From Phoronis australis (lineage: Eukaryota > Animalia > Phoronida): a DNA stretch of 64,000 bases. Position numbers and translations under genes: made by a program. Shown here piece by piece: positions 13,601 through 26,000 of the stretch (positions within the stretch are counted from its first letter, which is position 1; every line of letters begins with the position of its first letter). The notes beneath the pieces were generated by a model. The model was given only the letters and a program-made list of their open reading frames with translations, did no database searches and had not been told where the DNA came from. The stretch covers positions 153,907 to 217,906 of the forward strand of contig NMRA01000236.1 of assembly GCA_002633005.1 (NCBI GenBank), given 5' to 3'.

Positions 13601-16600
13601 TCAAGAATGTTGTTATTTTCCAATGCCCACTTTCTTCAGTAACAAAGCAATCCTAAAAATATGTTCCAATATCTCGTGTTTACGGTAACACACACTGCAT
13701 GTTTCAGGATCACTAATTTTTACTTTCTCAAAAAGTGAATTTATTTATAAACAACTATGGAAAATCCTATACTGATCTAACATTTCAAACATACACAATG
13801 GATATTTGCTCAGTTTCATCTATCAGAAAATGGCTTTATCTGCAAATTTAAGATAGGTAGTTGGAATAACTAGTTTATCACATTTTTTGTAAACATCAGA
13901 GTGCATCCGGAATACTTACTTAAACAGGCCTGGAACGCTATAAAAACTATTAAATCACAATATTGATAGTGGTTCTCTGCCACTGAAACATAATTCAACC
14001 TGCTCACCAGGTGTTTTAAGGGTTTCTTCTTAAAATGCTTTAATTTCTGTTCATATCGAAGCATTTTCTTTTACTTTCAAATTTCAAAAACATATATTTC
14101 TCTCCGAAGGGAAAGCAAGTCTCCTTATTTGGTATGGCAAGATAGACATAGCCCATTTCCCTTATTTGGAAAATGTGACCTTTGGCCTCAGACGACTTCA
14201 AGCAACTGACTGTGAGCTCATGTGCGTATTTATCATAAGTGGAAGGGAGATCAGAAATTCTGTGGTAACCACAGAGTTCTTCCTTCGCGGGTATTTCGAA
14301 AATCGTGAAATTTGTGATTATTTTCTGGAAAATGGGGGACAGTAAATTACTGTGTACTAGACGTTGCGAGATGGTAGTTTCGTCACGAATTGTTTAAAAA
14401 ATGTTTTTGACGAGCTTTTGCGTTCCATGCTATCAAAGGCCCAATCAATTTATAAAGATGTATAACTTTGGATAAATGCCTGACTAAATTATGTGTTCGT
14501 ACAAACAACAAAACAGGAACACCCAACCCACCACGGGGCTTATAAGTCACTTTAGATACATAAAAAACAGAAAAGAAAGTGTTCTTGTTTGAGCAAGAAT
14601 TGACCTACTAGGCCGAGTTAAGTCTAACTGCAGATATGGTTCAACTTTGAAACATTCTTCATCAAAATAGGTTCTTAACTTTGGTTTCGAACAGCATTCA
14701 AACAGCCACCTATTACAAGCCAAATCATGCAAAATATTTTTACAATGAGAGAGATTGAAAATAAATTATGAAAACAATCTGTCATGCCTAATTCTTAAAA
14801 AAATGTTCAAAACTTCAAAAGACCAATTATTTGTACAGGTTGTGTAGTCCCAGCGAAATATTCGATACGTTAGTCTATCTTCCTCGAACTTAATAATATG
14901 ATTTCACAATCTTAAAAGCTCAAATTTTCGCCTAATACTGGGAAATTCCCACCCCATGTCATCCATGATTAGAAGCAGCGCGAGATCAAAGTTGGAATTC
15001 CAGGGACCCGTTCCAAGAAACTGACTTAAGTTCATTTTTGACTTAAGTCTAAGATTTGTCTTAACTTCCAAACTTTTGAAACTTCCATATCCGGTAAGAT
15101 TGTCAAAATTAAGACAAAACTCGTATAAAAAATAAACAAACATAAGATCCCTTTCCTGAAACGGTCTTGAGATACGTATGAAACTAATATTAAAGAGGCA
15201 TGGAACGCGAAACAATGCCTAACGAAAGTACCATCTCGCAACGTCTAGTAAAGAGGAATTCATTTTCCCCTGTGAGGACATTTCCCGAAAAAGTCACAAA
15301 ATTCACGATTTTTTGAAATACGCAAGAAGGAAAACCTGTGTGTGCACAAAGTTTCAAATCTCCCTCTCACTTATGATAAATGCGCGCCTGCACTTAAAGG
15401 TCACATTTTTAATATAAGGGAAATATGCGACGTCTATGTCTTGCCATACCAAATAAGTAGACATGGTTTGCCTCGTGGGTAGGCCAGGCTTGGGGCATTT
15501 TTTAGTTAGGCATTGTATGTAGGACAAGTGAACGTGGCTTCTTTGTACTTGTGAACGTGCTGAGAACAAAAAGGCCACTTGCTCGGCTTTAGCTGCACTC
15601 TTCGTCAAGATGGTGTCCCCCTGTTTAGTCGGTGGGCCAGATCTCGTAGCGTTCATCCTTGTGAGTACTTTCGGGGGGCAACCTAGTTTTTTCTATGTGG
15701 CTAGATAATATACCTATAAATCAAATTCCAAAAAGTTCCCACGTCTACACTTGCACATTTTTTTTAAAAAAGGTGTTTTTGTTGCACAAAATATGATGCA
15801 CATTCCTGCCACTTGATGGCGCTTTTCTATTGAATTGACCAATCAGAGAGCCAGATTGTATTGTTGTGCTTAGTTACTTCAATATGGCTGCTCCCATGGA
15901 GTGTGATGCCTGTATAATTCAAGGTTTATCAAACAGCACAAAATTGTGATGTCAGAGCCTAAAGAAGCTTAGGAAAGCTTCCTGACGAAATCTGATTGAC
16001 TGTGGAACTCTGTAGATCAGTAGATCAAAAAGCAGAAGAGGTGTCACAAACGTTTGTGCAGAAAACAGCTGCATGTCCTGGTAGCCTACACAGTATACTG
16101 CTGAGTGCTGTAGACTAGAAGACCAAGTGTTAGACCAGAAAATTGAAAGGACATAGAACGGCATAGCAACGTTTCAAGGCACCAACAGTAGTACTAAAGC
16201 TGAAGTTGCTGAAAGTGATACAGATGTTATCCAAGATTTCCCAAGAAAATCAATTATACTTCCAAAATCTGAAACACCCAATTAACCTGAACAAGATAGG
16301 AACATTCTGAAACATGAGTGCATCATTTGTTAGCAGGAAAAGTACATTATGGGCCACATTTCAAGAAAGAGAAAGAAGTATAGCTTTCAAAAACAGGTAC
16401 GTGTTTTTGAAAAATACATATTGGTGTTTTCCATGTGTGTTTCAGTATTATCACCAGTTGTTTTTTAACTTGTTCAGCCCCTTGGCTGCCTAGGCCTTAG
16501 ACAATACTGCTGACCAAGTAGAGTCGATGATCATACCATAGGTACTCCATATGCCTGATACTTTTCGACAAATTATGTTCCTATAAGTTTAGAAATACCG

Positions 16601-19600
16601 CGTAGAGAGATGCCTCTGAGGAGGTCGTTAATGTTTTCATTTGTTCCCAGTTTAAACAAATACTCCTGCAATCCTGTTTTTCGAACACTCCATTCAGTTG
16701 CCACATCTACACTGCTTGCGCTAAGGAATAATCCTATGGCGTTATATACTGTGGGTGTGATTTTAAAGCACTTTAAGTCAAAAATTTTTGAGAAGGTTAA
16801 ATGGAGTAGATGGTTGCAAACAACATGCCCAAGTGGCCGTCATCCCCTGCCGTAGTCTCAATTTTTTGTAAACATTAATTACTTAGGTAGGTGCAATGAT
16901 AATTAAATTAAAGTGCCTAAGTGGCCATCGTCGCCGTCGAAATTTGAGGACGATGGAAGCCACTGTCCATTTCGTCAAACGTCGATTACCTTAAAGTGTA
17001 AATCGATTGACTATGGTTTGAGCATCTGATTTAAAAAAATTAAATTTCAATCACTGCACTGGTATATCAGCTGATTTATTTTCAGTTGCGTCAACTGATC
17101 TAATTATTAGACGATCAACATTATTAGGCTACAGATCAGACGGCATGTAAATTTGTTAGGCTGGTGGTGGATCAGTGCCTGATAAGTCCGTCTGAAAAAG
17201 TTGCATGCCAACTCACTCATAGTTGAATGTTAAGTTAGTGTTAACAGTTCGTGTTTTTTTTCAGTTGGACTTGTATCGCAAGCAACAGCTCAGTCCAGAG
17301 CCCTGAATATGCAAATGAAATTCAAAGATAAAGACCTTGTGTCTTAGAAGCCAAGTACCACAGATCATCATGCTATAAAAAATAGAAAGACAACGATTGT
17401 GAAGAGTGACGAATTCACAGTTTTCAGAGATGTTTTTCTACAGTTTTGTTTGGAGTTCATTGAATCGAAGCTTCTAACACAAGGAGATGTCATTTGCCTT
17501 TCAAAACTAAAGCAAGACTTTGAAGCTGTTCTTCAGAAAGCTGGTGTGCATGAAGTTATTTGGACAGGCAATCTTAAGAAATATTGTTGAAGCTACTCAC
17601 TGTTGTAGTTTGTGCCCGACTAAGAGATACGAAAGTGAATTGAGGCTAGTGTTCAATAATTCACTTGCTGACTCTAATTAACACAGCCCATTATAACATA
17701 TTTTGAATCAAACGTTTGCCCAAATAGTGCCCGCCTCCAAACAAGGACTTAGTGTTTGACCCTTCATTGCCTGCGGGCTAATCACCAGTGTGCAGTGCTG
17801 TACTCTCTCCAATCGACCATAGTTGGCTCCTTGGCGGTGGAGCTTTGCAGTTAATATGTATGGCAATGACCGCATCTCCATTGACAGTACTAAACGATGA
17901 ACGCTGCAAGTGCAAAAAGAACATGTGTGCTGGGAAACTGAGTTTGTGCTGCAATGCTGGGTCAAACTGTACAGAAATGTGCAGCTGTGACAACTGTAGT
18001 AACATCAGCAACACTGACTGCATAACATTGGATAGTTCTTTGACAAGTCAACCCTAAATAGACCTCCAACCCCGTTATTTCCTTTTTTGTATTAAAAAGT
18101 TAATTTTATTTGTTGATTAAGTCATAGAAAGTACATACTTTGATCATTGTCATGTATTTGTCTCATACTGCTTGATAAACGCTGTCAGAATAATCTATTA
18201 TTTTCATACAGTCTTTGTGCACATTCACAGAGATCATTCAACTATATTGTTTTTGTACTATAACGTATTTCTGGTGTATTATGCAAACAAGCTGTATTTT
18301 ACACCATTAGTCAATGTTTTAGTCATTGAGGCACAAATTTTGCCCAGTCTCAAGTGTTTTGTGTTATTTTTGTTGCCTGACAATGCCAGAATAACTTCCT
18401 AGTAACATTCAGACTTAGTTTGCATTTTTGCCACTAGGTGTCTCTTTACGTTTTTTAAATTTCACTGTTTACAATTAATTTACAATAGTAAAACATGTAA
18501 TGTGAGTGTAATATTGTTCAATACAATGGCACTGATGGGACCATATTACTTGTTTTACAAAAAAGTCACCAAAACTGTTGTTTTTACAAATATAAGTTTA
18601 CTAAGCTCTTTGGTGATTATTAGGTAACTTCAAACTCAAATTTCTCAAAAATGTGCAACTTTATATGTGGGAACTTTTTAGATTTTGAAAACACTCTAAT
18701 AAATGAATTAAAAAACACCAAAATAAAATTGCCCCCCTAAAGTACTCACAAAAACCATTTTCTAGAGGCCCTACAAAATCTGGCCCACCGACTATGTTGC
18801 AATTGTGCATTGCTGTGTAGAAACTGAGAAATTGGCCGCGATTTCAGGTTTGCCAGATTTGCAAAAAATATAACTAGTTGGTGGACAGTACTTTTGGACC
18901 ACATTTTAGGAATTGGTAGGAAATTCGCTTTCGGAATCTAATGTTGGCTTTAGTCGAGCATCGTTAGAGAAGTGGTGGTTTTGGGGTGAAAAGTGACGAT
19001 TTTGCATTTTTGCCCCTATTTTTCTTAGTCTAGCTTGGTTTTCGGTGGGAGTGAAAGGGTCAGAAATACAAGTGTGTATAAAGTTTCTGTGCTCATCTGT
19101 AGGGCTTGTGATGTGAAACGACTCAAAACTTTTCTTTATTGGCATGCAGTGAAGAAAGGGTGAAGAGTCCATTGACGTGCGTTCTGATAGGCAAACCCCT
19201 CCAAGAACTGTTCTGTGCCTCCATATAGTGACGACACAACAGCCGACCATGATTAGCAGACGACATACTTGCCGGAAATAAAACCAGACAATTTGGTCAG
19301 GTGTCGCCAGTGAATAATGACGTCATTGCTTCTGTAAGAACACGGATTTCGTCTATTGAGAGTATACGGAGTTGGCGGTCCATGTACTATATAGTTTACG
19401 ATCAAATGCAGCCATCTCTAACAAAAAGCAATCTAAGAATGATTAAAAAAAATGTAACACGAACATTTGATTTTAGCTTTGACCAATGAGAGAAACGAAA
19501 TGGCAGCTTCATGCTTTGGTTTCGGTTATTAAGATATTGTTGATAATACTGTTTGTCGCATGTCAAAAGCGAGACGATGACTCTTAACAATTTGCGTAAA

Positions 19601-20851
19601 GGCAATGCAAATGATTGCACCGACGGCAGCTTCTTCAGGCACACTACCGAGCAAATTATGCTTTACCTTTATCATTTGCCCAATACGCGTCATGAATAAT
19701 ACAAAATGTAAAATGTGTCCCTGATATGCATACTTAAACATGTGTTGGTGCGGCAAAGCAACAGTGTAACAATCTTTATCATTGCCAAGGTAATGTATTA
19801 GTAGGGCAATTTCATTGATACATTCACGACATGGAACAATGGCAATACATTAAATAGTAAGTGTTCTGGTAACCCTGACGGATTTCTATTCGCTAGTCTT
19901 GTAGTATCATCATTATACGGGTTTCTACCATGTTAAAGTAATTGAATATGTCTTTCGAAAATAATTCCATCGCGATGATTGCGTTAACCTCGGCCTTCGT
20001 ATAGACCCTGGCTTCAAGACAGGCTGAAGTGAAGAGTACTTTGCGGTTGCCAGGTCACCTTGACCTATTCTTGCCAAACCCTTATGGATACCGGTGAACA
20101 TTGGGTACAAATAATTCATTTTCAGTTGTATGACATGTTTTCACTGAATAATAATTACCGCCATTCTATCAAAATTGCAGACAGACATAACGGCAATGCA
20201 TACACAAACATGTGGACGCAAAAATAGTTTATAAAGATATTCGACAGAACCCGACGCATGTCCTTCAAATCGTCGGTCACGTGTACATTCTTACCCGAGA
20301 ACATGGAAGCTATGGCGGCGATGAGGATGCACAACAAGGTAGATGGGCCAGCAATATCTCTCGCCACTTGACCAATGATGACGTAGATCCCAGAACCCAA
20401 TGTATTCCCGACACCTATGACGAAAAAATACGTTCGATGAAGTGAACACCTTGAGTTAAGAGAATAGACATCCGATTTTTGCTGCGTGATAACAGCCAAA
20501 TGCGACATAAAAAATTGGAAGGAACAATAATGTAATGCGACTGCTATGAAGGAAATAAAATCTTTGTTAACTCCTTTCAGTTATCATCCTCCCGGAGATT
20601 AGATATTTTATTTTTTGCACATGTTTATGCAACTTTGCATTGTACTGTTTTCTTAATCATATTTTGCAGGACCCGTCAGACATAAATAAGTTACTTTAAG
20701 CACTCACATCTGTGGATTTCAATTTACCTAACGCCGTGAGATCCATAACGTTAAGGCATCTTTTGAGCCCTCCCTCATGAAGCGTGTCGGTGTTCACCGT
20801 CTTGGTTCTGGTGACCGCAGCATACAGGGATAATAACCGGCGCTTCATCAT
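3546..20851 (-). CDS. Cationic amino acid transporter (SLC7A1-4/SLC7A14 family, APC superfamily); 7 coding exons, 2031 nt, 676 aa
   Basis: Exons 20851-20728, 20414-20295, 11004-10809, 9566-9452, 7756-7619, 5293-5020 and 4609-3546 join in frame with GT-AG introns. CAT motifs: [105 protein letters not shown]. Confidence 0.95.
5020..5293 (-). CDS. CAT transporter coding exon 6 ([16 protein letters not shown]...GGLC)
   Basis: Acceptor ttgcag|ATC, donor G|gtatgt; phase 0-1. Confidence 0.95.
5546..5701. mobile_element. Tandem dimer of a CATGGGCGG MITE
   Basis: 5-bp TSD CGTCT on both sides; two units separated by GTCT; same family as 60375-60448. Confidence 0.75.
6927..7080 (+). mobile_element. 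tRNA-derived SINE
   Basis: A-box TGGCCAAGTGG and B-box GGTTCGAGCCC, followed by a non-tRNA body. Confidence 0.65.
7619..7756 (-). CDS. CAT transporter coding exon 5 (MSTVVN...GFFPMGVKG)
   Basis: Acceptor tttcag|ATG, donor GGG|gtaact; phase 0-0; NW...GFFP.G motif. Confidence 0.92.
7866..8900. repeat. 45-bp minisatellite, ~23 copies, CAT intron 4
   Basis: Unit TGTCTTGGGTAGATCTATCTAACCATTGCTGCTACCGGTAGTAAC; central copies identical, edge copies diverged. Confidence 0.97.
9248..9458. repeat. 27-bp minisatellite (~8 copies) overlapping the exon-4 splice donor
   Basis: Unit GTGATATTAGTGTCACATACCTTAAAT; one copy shortened to 22 bp. Confidence 0.92.
9452..9566 (-). CDS. CAT transporter coding exon 4 (SIIENVG...YPDFVA...AVGVK)
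   Basis: Acceptor ccccag|G, donor AAG|gtatgt; phase 2-0; YPDF motif. Confidence 0.92.
10809..11004 (-). CDS. CAT transporter coding exon 3 (ALCYAEL...FNGTIS)
   Basis: Acceptor ttttag|CT, donor AC|gtatgt; phase 1-2. Confidence 0.95.
11232..11748. mobile_element. MITE with TIRs and ~21-bp subterminal tandem repeats
   Basis: CAAGGGGAATCAACAATTGGTT...AACCAATTGTTGATTCCCCCTTG; repeats such as GGTTTTGAAGTCCGGGCAAGT mirrored on both arms. Confidence 0.75.
12063..12324. mobile_element. MITE with CATGC termini
   Basis: CATGCGCGCATCC...GGGTGCGGGCATG; near-TSD TTTTC/CTTTC. Confidence 0.55.
14119..15462. mobile_element. Foldback/long-TIR element enclosing a LINE fragment
   Basis: 14119-14430 is a diverged reverse complement of 15198-15462 (e.g. 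TACTAGACGTTGCGAGATGGTA / TACCATCTCGCAACGTCTAGTA). No clear TSD. Confidence 0.7.
14540..15130 (-). mobile_element. LINE 3' fragment (RTEX-like C-terminal region)
   Basis: KPKLRTY....VEPYL.L.L.R..RSILAQ.R and DMGW motifs. Confidence 0.6.
15626..18794 (+). mobile_element. Academ (AcademX-type) DNA transposon, internally deleted, in CAT intron 2
   Basis: TIRs TAGTCGGTGGGCCAGA...TCTGGCCCACCGACTA; 4-bp TSD TGTT (15622-15625, 18795-18798). Decayed coding remnants: LEAKYHR.CY-like segment near 17340 and Cys-rich C-terminus CKCKKNMC...CTEMCSCDNCSN. Confidence 0.85.
20295..20414 (-). CDS. CAT transporter coding exon 2 ([12 protein letters not shown]...ASMFS)
   Basis: Acceptor tcatag|GT, donor G|gtaaga; phase 1-1; TM1 GSG motif. 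Confidence 0.93.
20728..20851 (-). CDS. CAT transporter coding exon 1 ([42 protein letters not shown])
   Basis: ATG at 20851; donor G|gtaaat at 20727. An acceptor ttttag| lies just upstream (exon starts 20885), so a further 5' exon exists. Absent from the ORF track. Confidence 0.88.
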
Positions 20852-22466
20852 CCTAGCTTGCTGGGTAGCTTTGTTGAAATTGTACCTAAAATTGAAAAAT
20901 GGACAATCGCTGTTTTATGATTTATCAAATATTGAGAAATTTCTTGGTTCATCGATGTAACACGTTTAACAGGAACTGTGTAGAGCTCGCGACGACAAAA
21001 TTTAATTCCATCGAAGACACGATTGTCCCTAATACCGGTATTCGACTTCGTTTTTGGCAGTGTGTGCCGCTATGAAATTAAGATACCCAACCTTGTTTGC
21101 ATGATTACAATTAACCCATTTCCGGATATTGTTAATTACATCATTTTTTGGCCAAAGTAATATTAAAAAACGGACAATCGCCGCACAAATAAAAAAATTA
21201 TGTTCATTCAACGTTTCGTCTATTCATTAGACATCATCAGGATATATACAATAAGACAGCAAGTGTCGACATGCCAGTCAGATTACACCCGAACAAAAGG
21301 AAGTGCAAATGATCTACATGTTTAATAAACGAGCACAACTTTAAGACCAACTCATTTTTCAGAGCTTTAATACGAACCCTAAAAACAAATCTGCACACTC
21401 ATAAATCAGCCAGTGTGACATTCAAATAACTGGCTTTTACTGGTCAAACGTCGGCTAATAGTAAGGGTCGGAAAAAATAGTGTCCTGAATGACGCTCTCT
21501 ATCGTCGAATCGTTAAATCAACATGTTGACTATGTTGGTGTAGATAACCGTGTGAACATTACAAGTGTAAACAGTAATGTTCAAACCGCTAGGGCGATTG
21601 GTTGATAATGAGTCATCTTATGTAAGAAATATGTGTCACGACTGTTCTAAATGAAGTTTAATCTATTCTTGTAAATTATGCAGGTATCTCACGATTCCAA
21701 TTAATGTTACTAGTTTATATCAATATCAAATATGAATATAATTCACGTAGTGTAGCGCAACACACAACTAAAACTTCGAATTGATACGCGCCATAACTAG
21801 AAAAATAAAATATCATTAATCAGGTGTATCATACCAGGTCGTCTTCCAAGTCTGCCTTACATATCAATCCTTTCTATCTAAAATGTGTCCGTCCCTCAGA
21901 AAGTCTACAGAATGTCGCATACACTCATTTCATACTGTTGAGATGAGAAAAATACGAATTTGCACACATCATTTAACAAATTCAAGAAAAGACTTTCAGA
22001 CAACAATGTTTATATTAATGATATCAAGAAGAGTCAGCCAACCAGAGTTTTACAACAAGTCATTGAGTAGTCCGCTTATCTCAGTGCCAATCAATAATAA
22101 GAAGAGTGCAATTGGTCTGACGTCATTTGCCGCGCATCAGGCGTGCGCAGGCCTCATGGTTGGGCCCATTGCACAAAACACCCGAGTTAAAACACAAGAG
22201 CCCCGTTATCCATCAACAGGTTCTTCGTGAAGGAAGAGACGATGGTGCAAAATGACACCTAGACAAGTCGCCCTGGCTACAAAATCAAGACATTTACCAT
22301 TTATCGCTAAAGGCCGTATTGCTCATTTTTAAATGTTCACCTGAAAGCTTTTAACTTTAAAGATCCCATGTGAACATTATAACCTTTGTTTTGCTACCAC
22401 TAATATCTAAGCCAACTGACTTAGCCCATGTGACTGCTGTATTCTGTGCTCTTTGGGCAAAATAAC

Positions 22467-23098
22467 TAGTCGGTGGGCCAGAATTTGTAGAGCCTCTAGA
22501 AAATGGTTTTTGTGGGTACTTTAGGGGGGCAATTTTATTTTGGTGTTTTTTAATTGAAACGTTCTATGTCCTTTCAGTTTTTTGGTCTGACACTTGGTCT
22601 TCTAGTCTACAGCACTCAGCAGCATACTGTGTAGGCTACACCAGGACATGCAGCTGTTTTCTGCACAAACGTTTGTGACACCTCTTCTTCTTTTTGATCT
22701 ACTGATCTACAGAGTTCCACAGTCCATCAGCTTTAGTCAAGAAGCTTTTCTAAGCTTCTTTAGGCTCTGACATCACAATTGTGTGCTGTTTGATAAACCT
22801 TGAATTATACAGGCATCACACTCCATGGGAGCAGCCATATTGAAGTAACTAAGCACAACAATACAATCTGGCTCTCTGATTGGTCAATTCAATAGAAAAG
22901 CGCCATCAAGTGGCAGGAATGTGCATCATATTTTGTGCAACAAAAACACCTTTTTTAAAAAAAAATGTGCAAGTGTAGACGTGGGAACTTTTTGGAATTT
23001 GATTTATAGGTATATTATTTAGCCACATAGAAAAAACTAGGTTGCCCCCCCCCAAAGTACTCAAAGGACGAACGCTATGAGATCTGGCCCACCGACTA
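22467..23098 (-). mobile_element. 632-bp non-autonomous derivative of the same Academ family
   Basis: Same TIRs; 3-bp TSD AAC. About 540 bp of the left end fused to about 90 bp of the right end of the 15626-18794 element, in the opposite orientation. Confidence 0.9.
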
Positions 23099-26000
23099 AA
23101 CGGCATACTAGATACATTGAGAACAATATCATCTGCATACGCTTGAACGTGCAAGCTTGGGCCCATATCATGCGATAATTCAATAATACTTTGTAGATGG
23201 GTATTTCGGAGGAAAATAACGCACGATGAAAATTAACAATGTCTCTAACACACCAAAATCCAACATCTAACTACGAAAGAGCAAGAAAACGTCTATGGAT
23301 ATTCAAAATCACATTAAACTGACAAGAGTGTGTTCTATCAAACTGGACTGAGACCCTGGTTTGGAGAAACTGCACGAGGTCCACTCTACTGAAGTAAAGC
23401 ATATATTTATTATAATCATCCATACCCAATAATGGTGTAGAGCTGAAAAAATCATGCACTACACTCCTCCTGGACCCTGTTTGTGTGAAGGTTGAGGCCA
23501 TGCACCTCTGGCCTACTAATAGAACTTTCCTCTTTCACAGAAACTGAAATTAAGAGAAAAAGACAAAATAACTGTACGTTCTTTACTATATCAAATCCCG
23601 TGACAATTATTAAACTTTTATATTATTTCAAAAAAATAGCTTTGTTCCAGCAGAAATTGAGCCACAAAAATCCTCAAAAAACAAAAAATGAGTAAGGTGT
23701 TACACTTTTTTATCACTGCACAATATAATATACCACATTATATGCCAATTATGAAAATTAAAAAAATTAGTTCTACGTTAAAAAATGTTCGGCTTAACTT
23801 GTTATAGCTAATTTTTTAATAATAGTACTAAATTATAATACAGGAAGTAGTTTTTTGGGAACAAATCGTGTTGTTCTTATTTCAGGAATCTGAACACTTT
23901 GCAGAAGTTTGAGAATGTCCACAATTGACTTTTATACCACAAAAGACAATTTTCAAAGTTATGCCACAAACGTAACAAGCTGTACAACACAAGCCCAGGT
24001 ATCGAAACTGAAACGCCATGGCGGAGAACAAATAACACAGCTGGCATAACCAGCTCGCATTCCTAAATGTCAGGTCGCAACTTTTTTCCGCCGTTTTTAC
24101 GCGCCAAAATTGATTTTTAGATCATCGAGAAATGTTTAGATTATGCTCTTAGCTGCAGCATTAAATACTCACAAATTTTAGATTGCAAAATTGAGTTCGC
24201 GCATGCAGGTACGGCGTTACTGTTCTTCACCACCGCCTGATCGGGTTCCGAGCCACTGGTCGGGATAACGAGTCAGTCCGGCCGCGACGGGCCTGATCGG
24301 GTTCCGAGCCACTGGCCGGGATAACAAGCGTTTTGTGTGTTTAGAACTAAAAAATCACAAGTATAAACAACACAGATCTATGTTCTCCTGTCTGTATTTC
24401 ACGTGAGAATACTTCGAATTTATCTCCGAACAGACCCCAAACTCCTTGGTAAATTGGCCTGCCGAACTTTGTAGGCTACGGTGTGTCCAAATACCAATAA
24501 ATCCGTAACAGCGAAATAAAACAACACGTTTTTATAAGAACTCGGTGTATTTTTAAGGGTTTTACATCGAAGTTTGATGATTCATTGGTGTTAAAGGATG
24601 AATTCAACCGATAAGCTGACAACAGTAACCCGTGTTGTGAACTGCTGAACAGACTGCGTGTGAAACCAATTACGTCATTGGATAATTTCAACTCCTCCGT
24701 CTGCCATCAGGTAACACAACCGAACGTGCCGTTACGGAGTAGAACTACTCGATTTAAATTGATACAAAATAGGTTGTTTTTTGGGTGGCATTCTCCTTTA
24801 ACTTTCTTTGGAGGTACGAAACAAAGACGGGATCTGGTTTTTACATATTGAGAATAGACGTTTTTTGAAAACTGAATTTGTTGAGTAAAATGAGAGTGAG
24901 AAACTATATAGGCTGCGTGTCAATTTTAGACCACGCGCGGTGTTTGTAGTGTCCTATGATGGAAGCTAGCCTGAACTGCGGTCGCTTAATTGGAAATCCT
25001 CAAAAGTTGAGGGGGAACGCTTAGTAGATCAGTGAGCGCTTATTATGAAACACTTCGAGGGTAGGGAGTAGATTTGTGGGTGAGCATAGTCGTTAACCTG
25101 AGTGTTTCAAAAGACCGCAATGGTAAGAAACGTTATAAAAATACGATTTTGCCAGGCAAACTCCATCTAGTAGGGGTGACTTTCTGCATATCGTTACCAC
25201 CTACACTGTACCCTTTTTAGCCAGTCGGAATAAGTTTGTTTTTAATGGCCCGCTTCAGCCGGAACAAGATTGTTTCTATTGGAGTCTGAACATTTCACGG
25301 CGACGGTGAGCCGGGGAACGAAATGTTGGGGGTGGGAGGGTCTATGAAGAGAAGAGTAAAAAGTTCGCTAACAACAATTTCTCTTCTAGTACCCGTTTAG
25401 TTGCAATAGCCGGCTACTGCCATAGAATACAGGGTTTAGAGAACATCGACCTCGGGAAACATCGTCACAGGAAAATATCAGTTCTGGGTTATATCGGTCC
25501 CGGGAAATATCGTAAAGCATCGGGTCTTTTATAACCGCCGGTAATCTATGAGTTCATTTTCAAATAAACCACTGGCACATACCCGGGTGCTTAACAGAGC
25601 CAAGCCGGTTTACTCTTTGATTTAGGACTGTCGCTGTTCTCTTTTGATGTGCAGCTTTGAAGTGGTGCGCACGCGTGAGTTCACACACTTGAATCGTTGG
25701 AGTAGGCATACACTTTACGTTGGCAACAACGTGTGAAAGACAAATCATATTTCGCGCACGTAGCTCCAGAAACAAGTAAAGGGGTTAGAGAGTTTCTTGG
25801 CAACTGAAAGTAAGGACGTGGCCGTCGTTTGGCGATTAATAGGGTTGCCATTTTCACTTTGGCCGTTTTATGCCATAAAAAACGGAACTCACGTCTCTAA
25901 GTAATAAGGACATCTTACTCGAAAAATAAACATATTTGTCCACCACAAAGTTTGGTAAGCTGATCGCTTAAGAATTAGTAGAAACACCGCAGTTTTGTGA

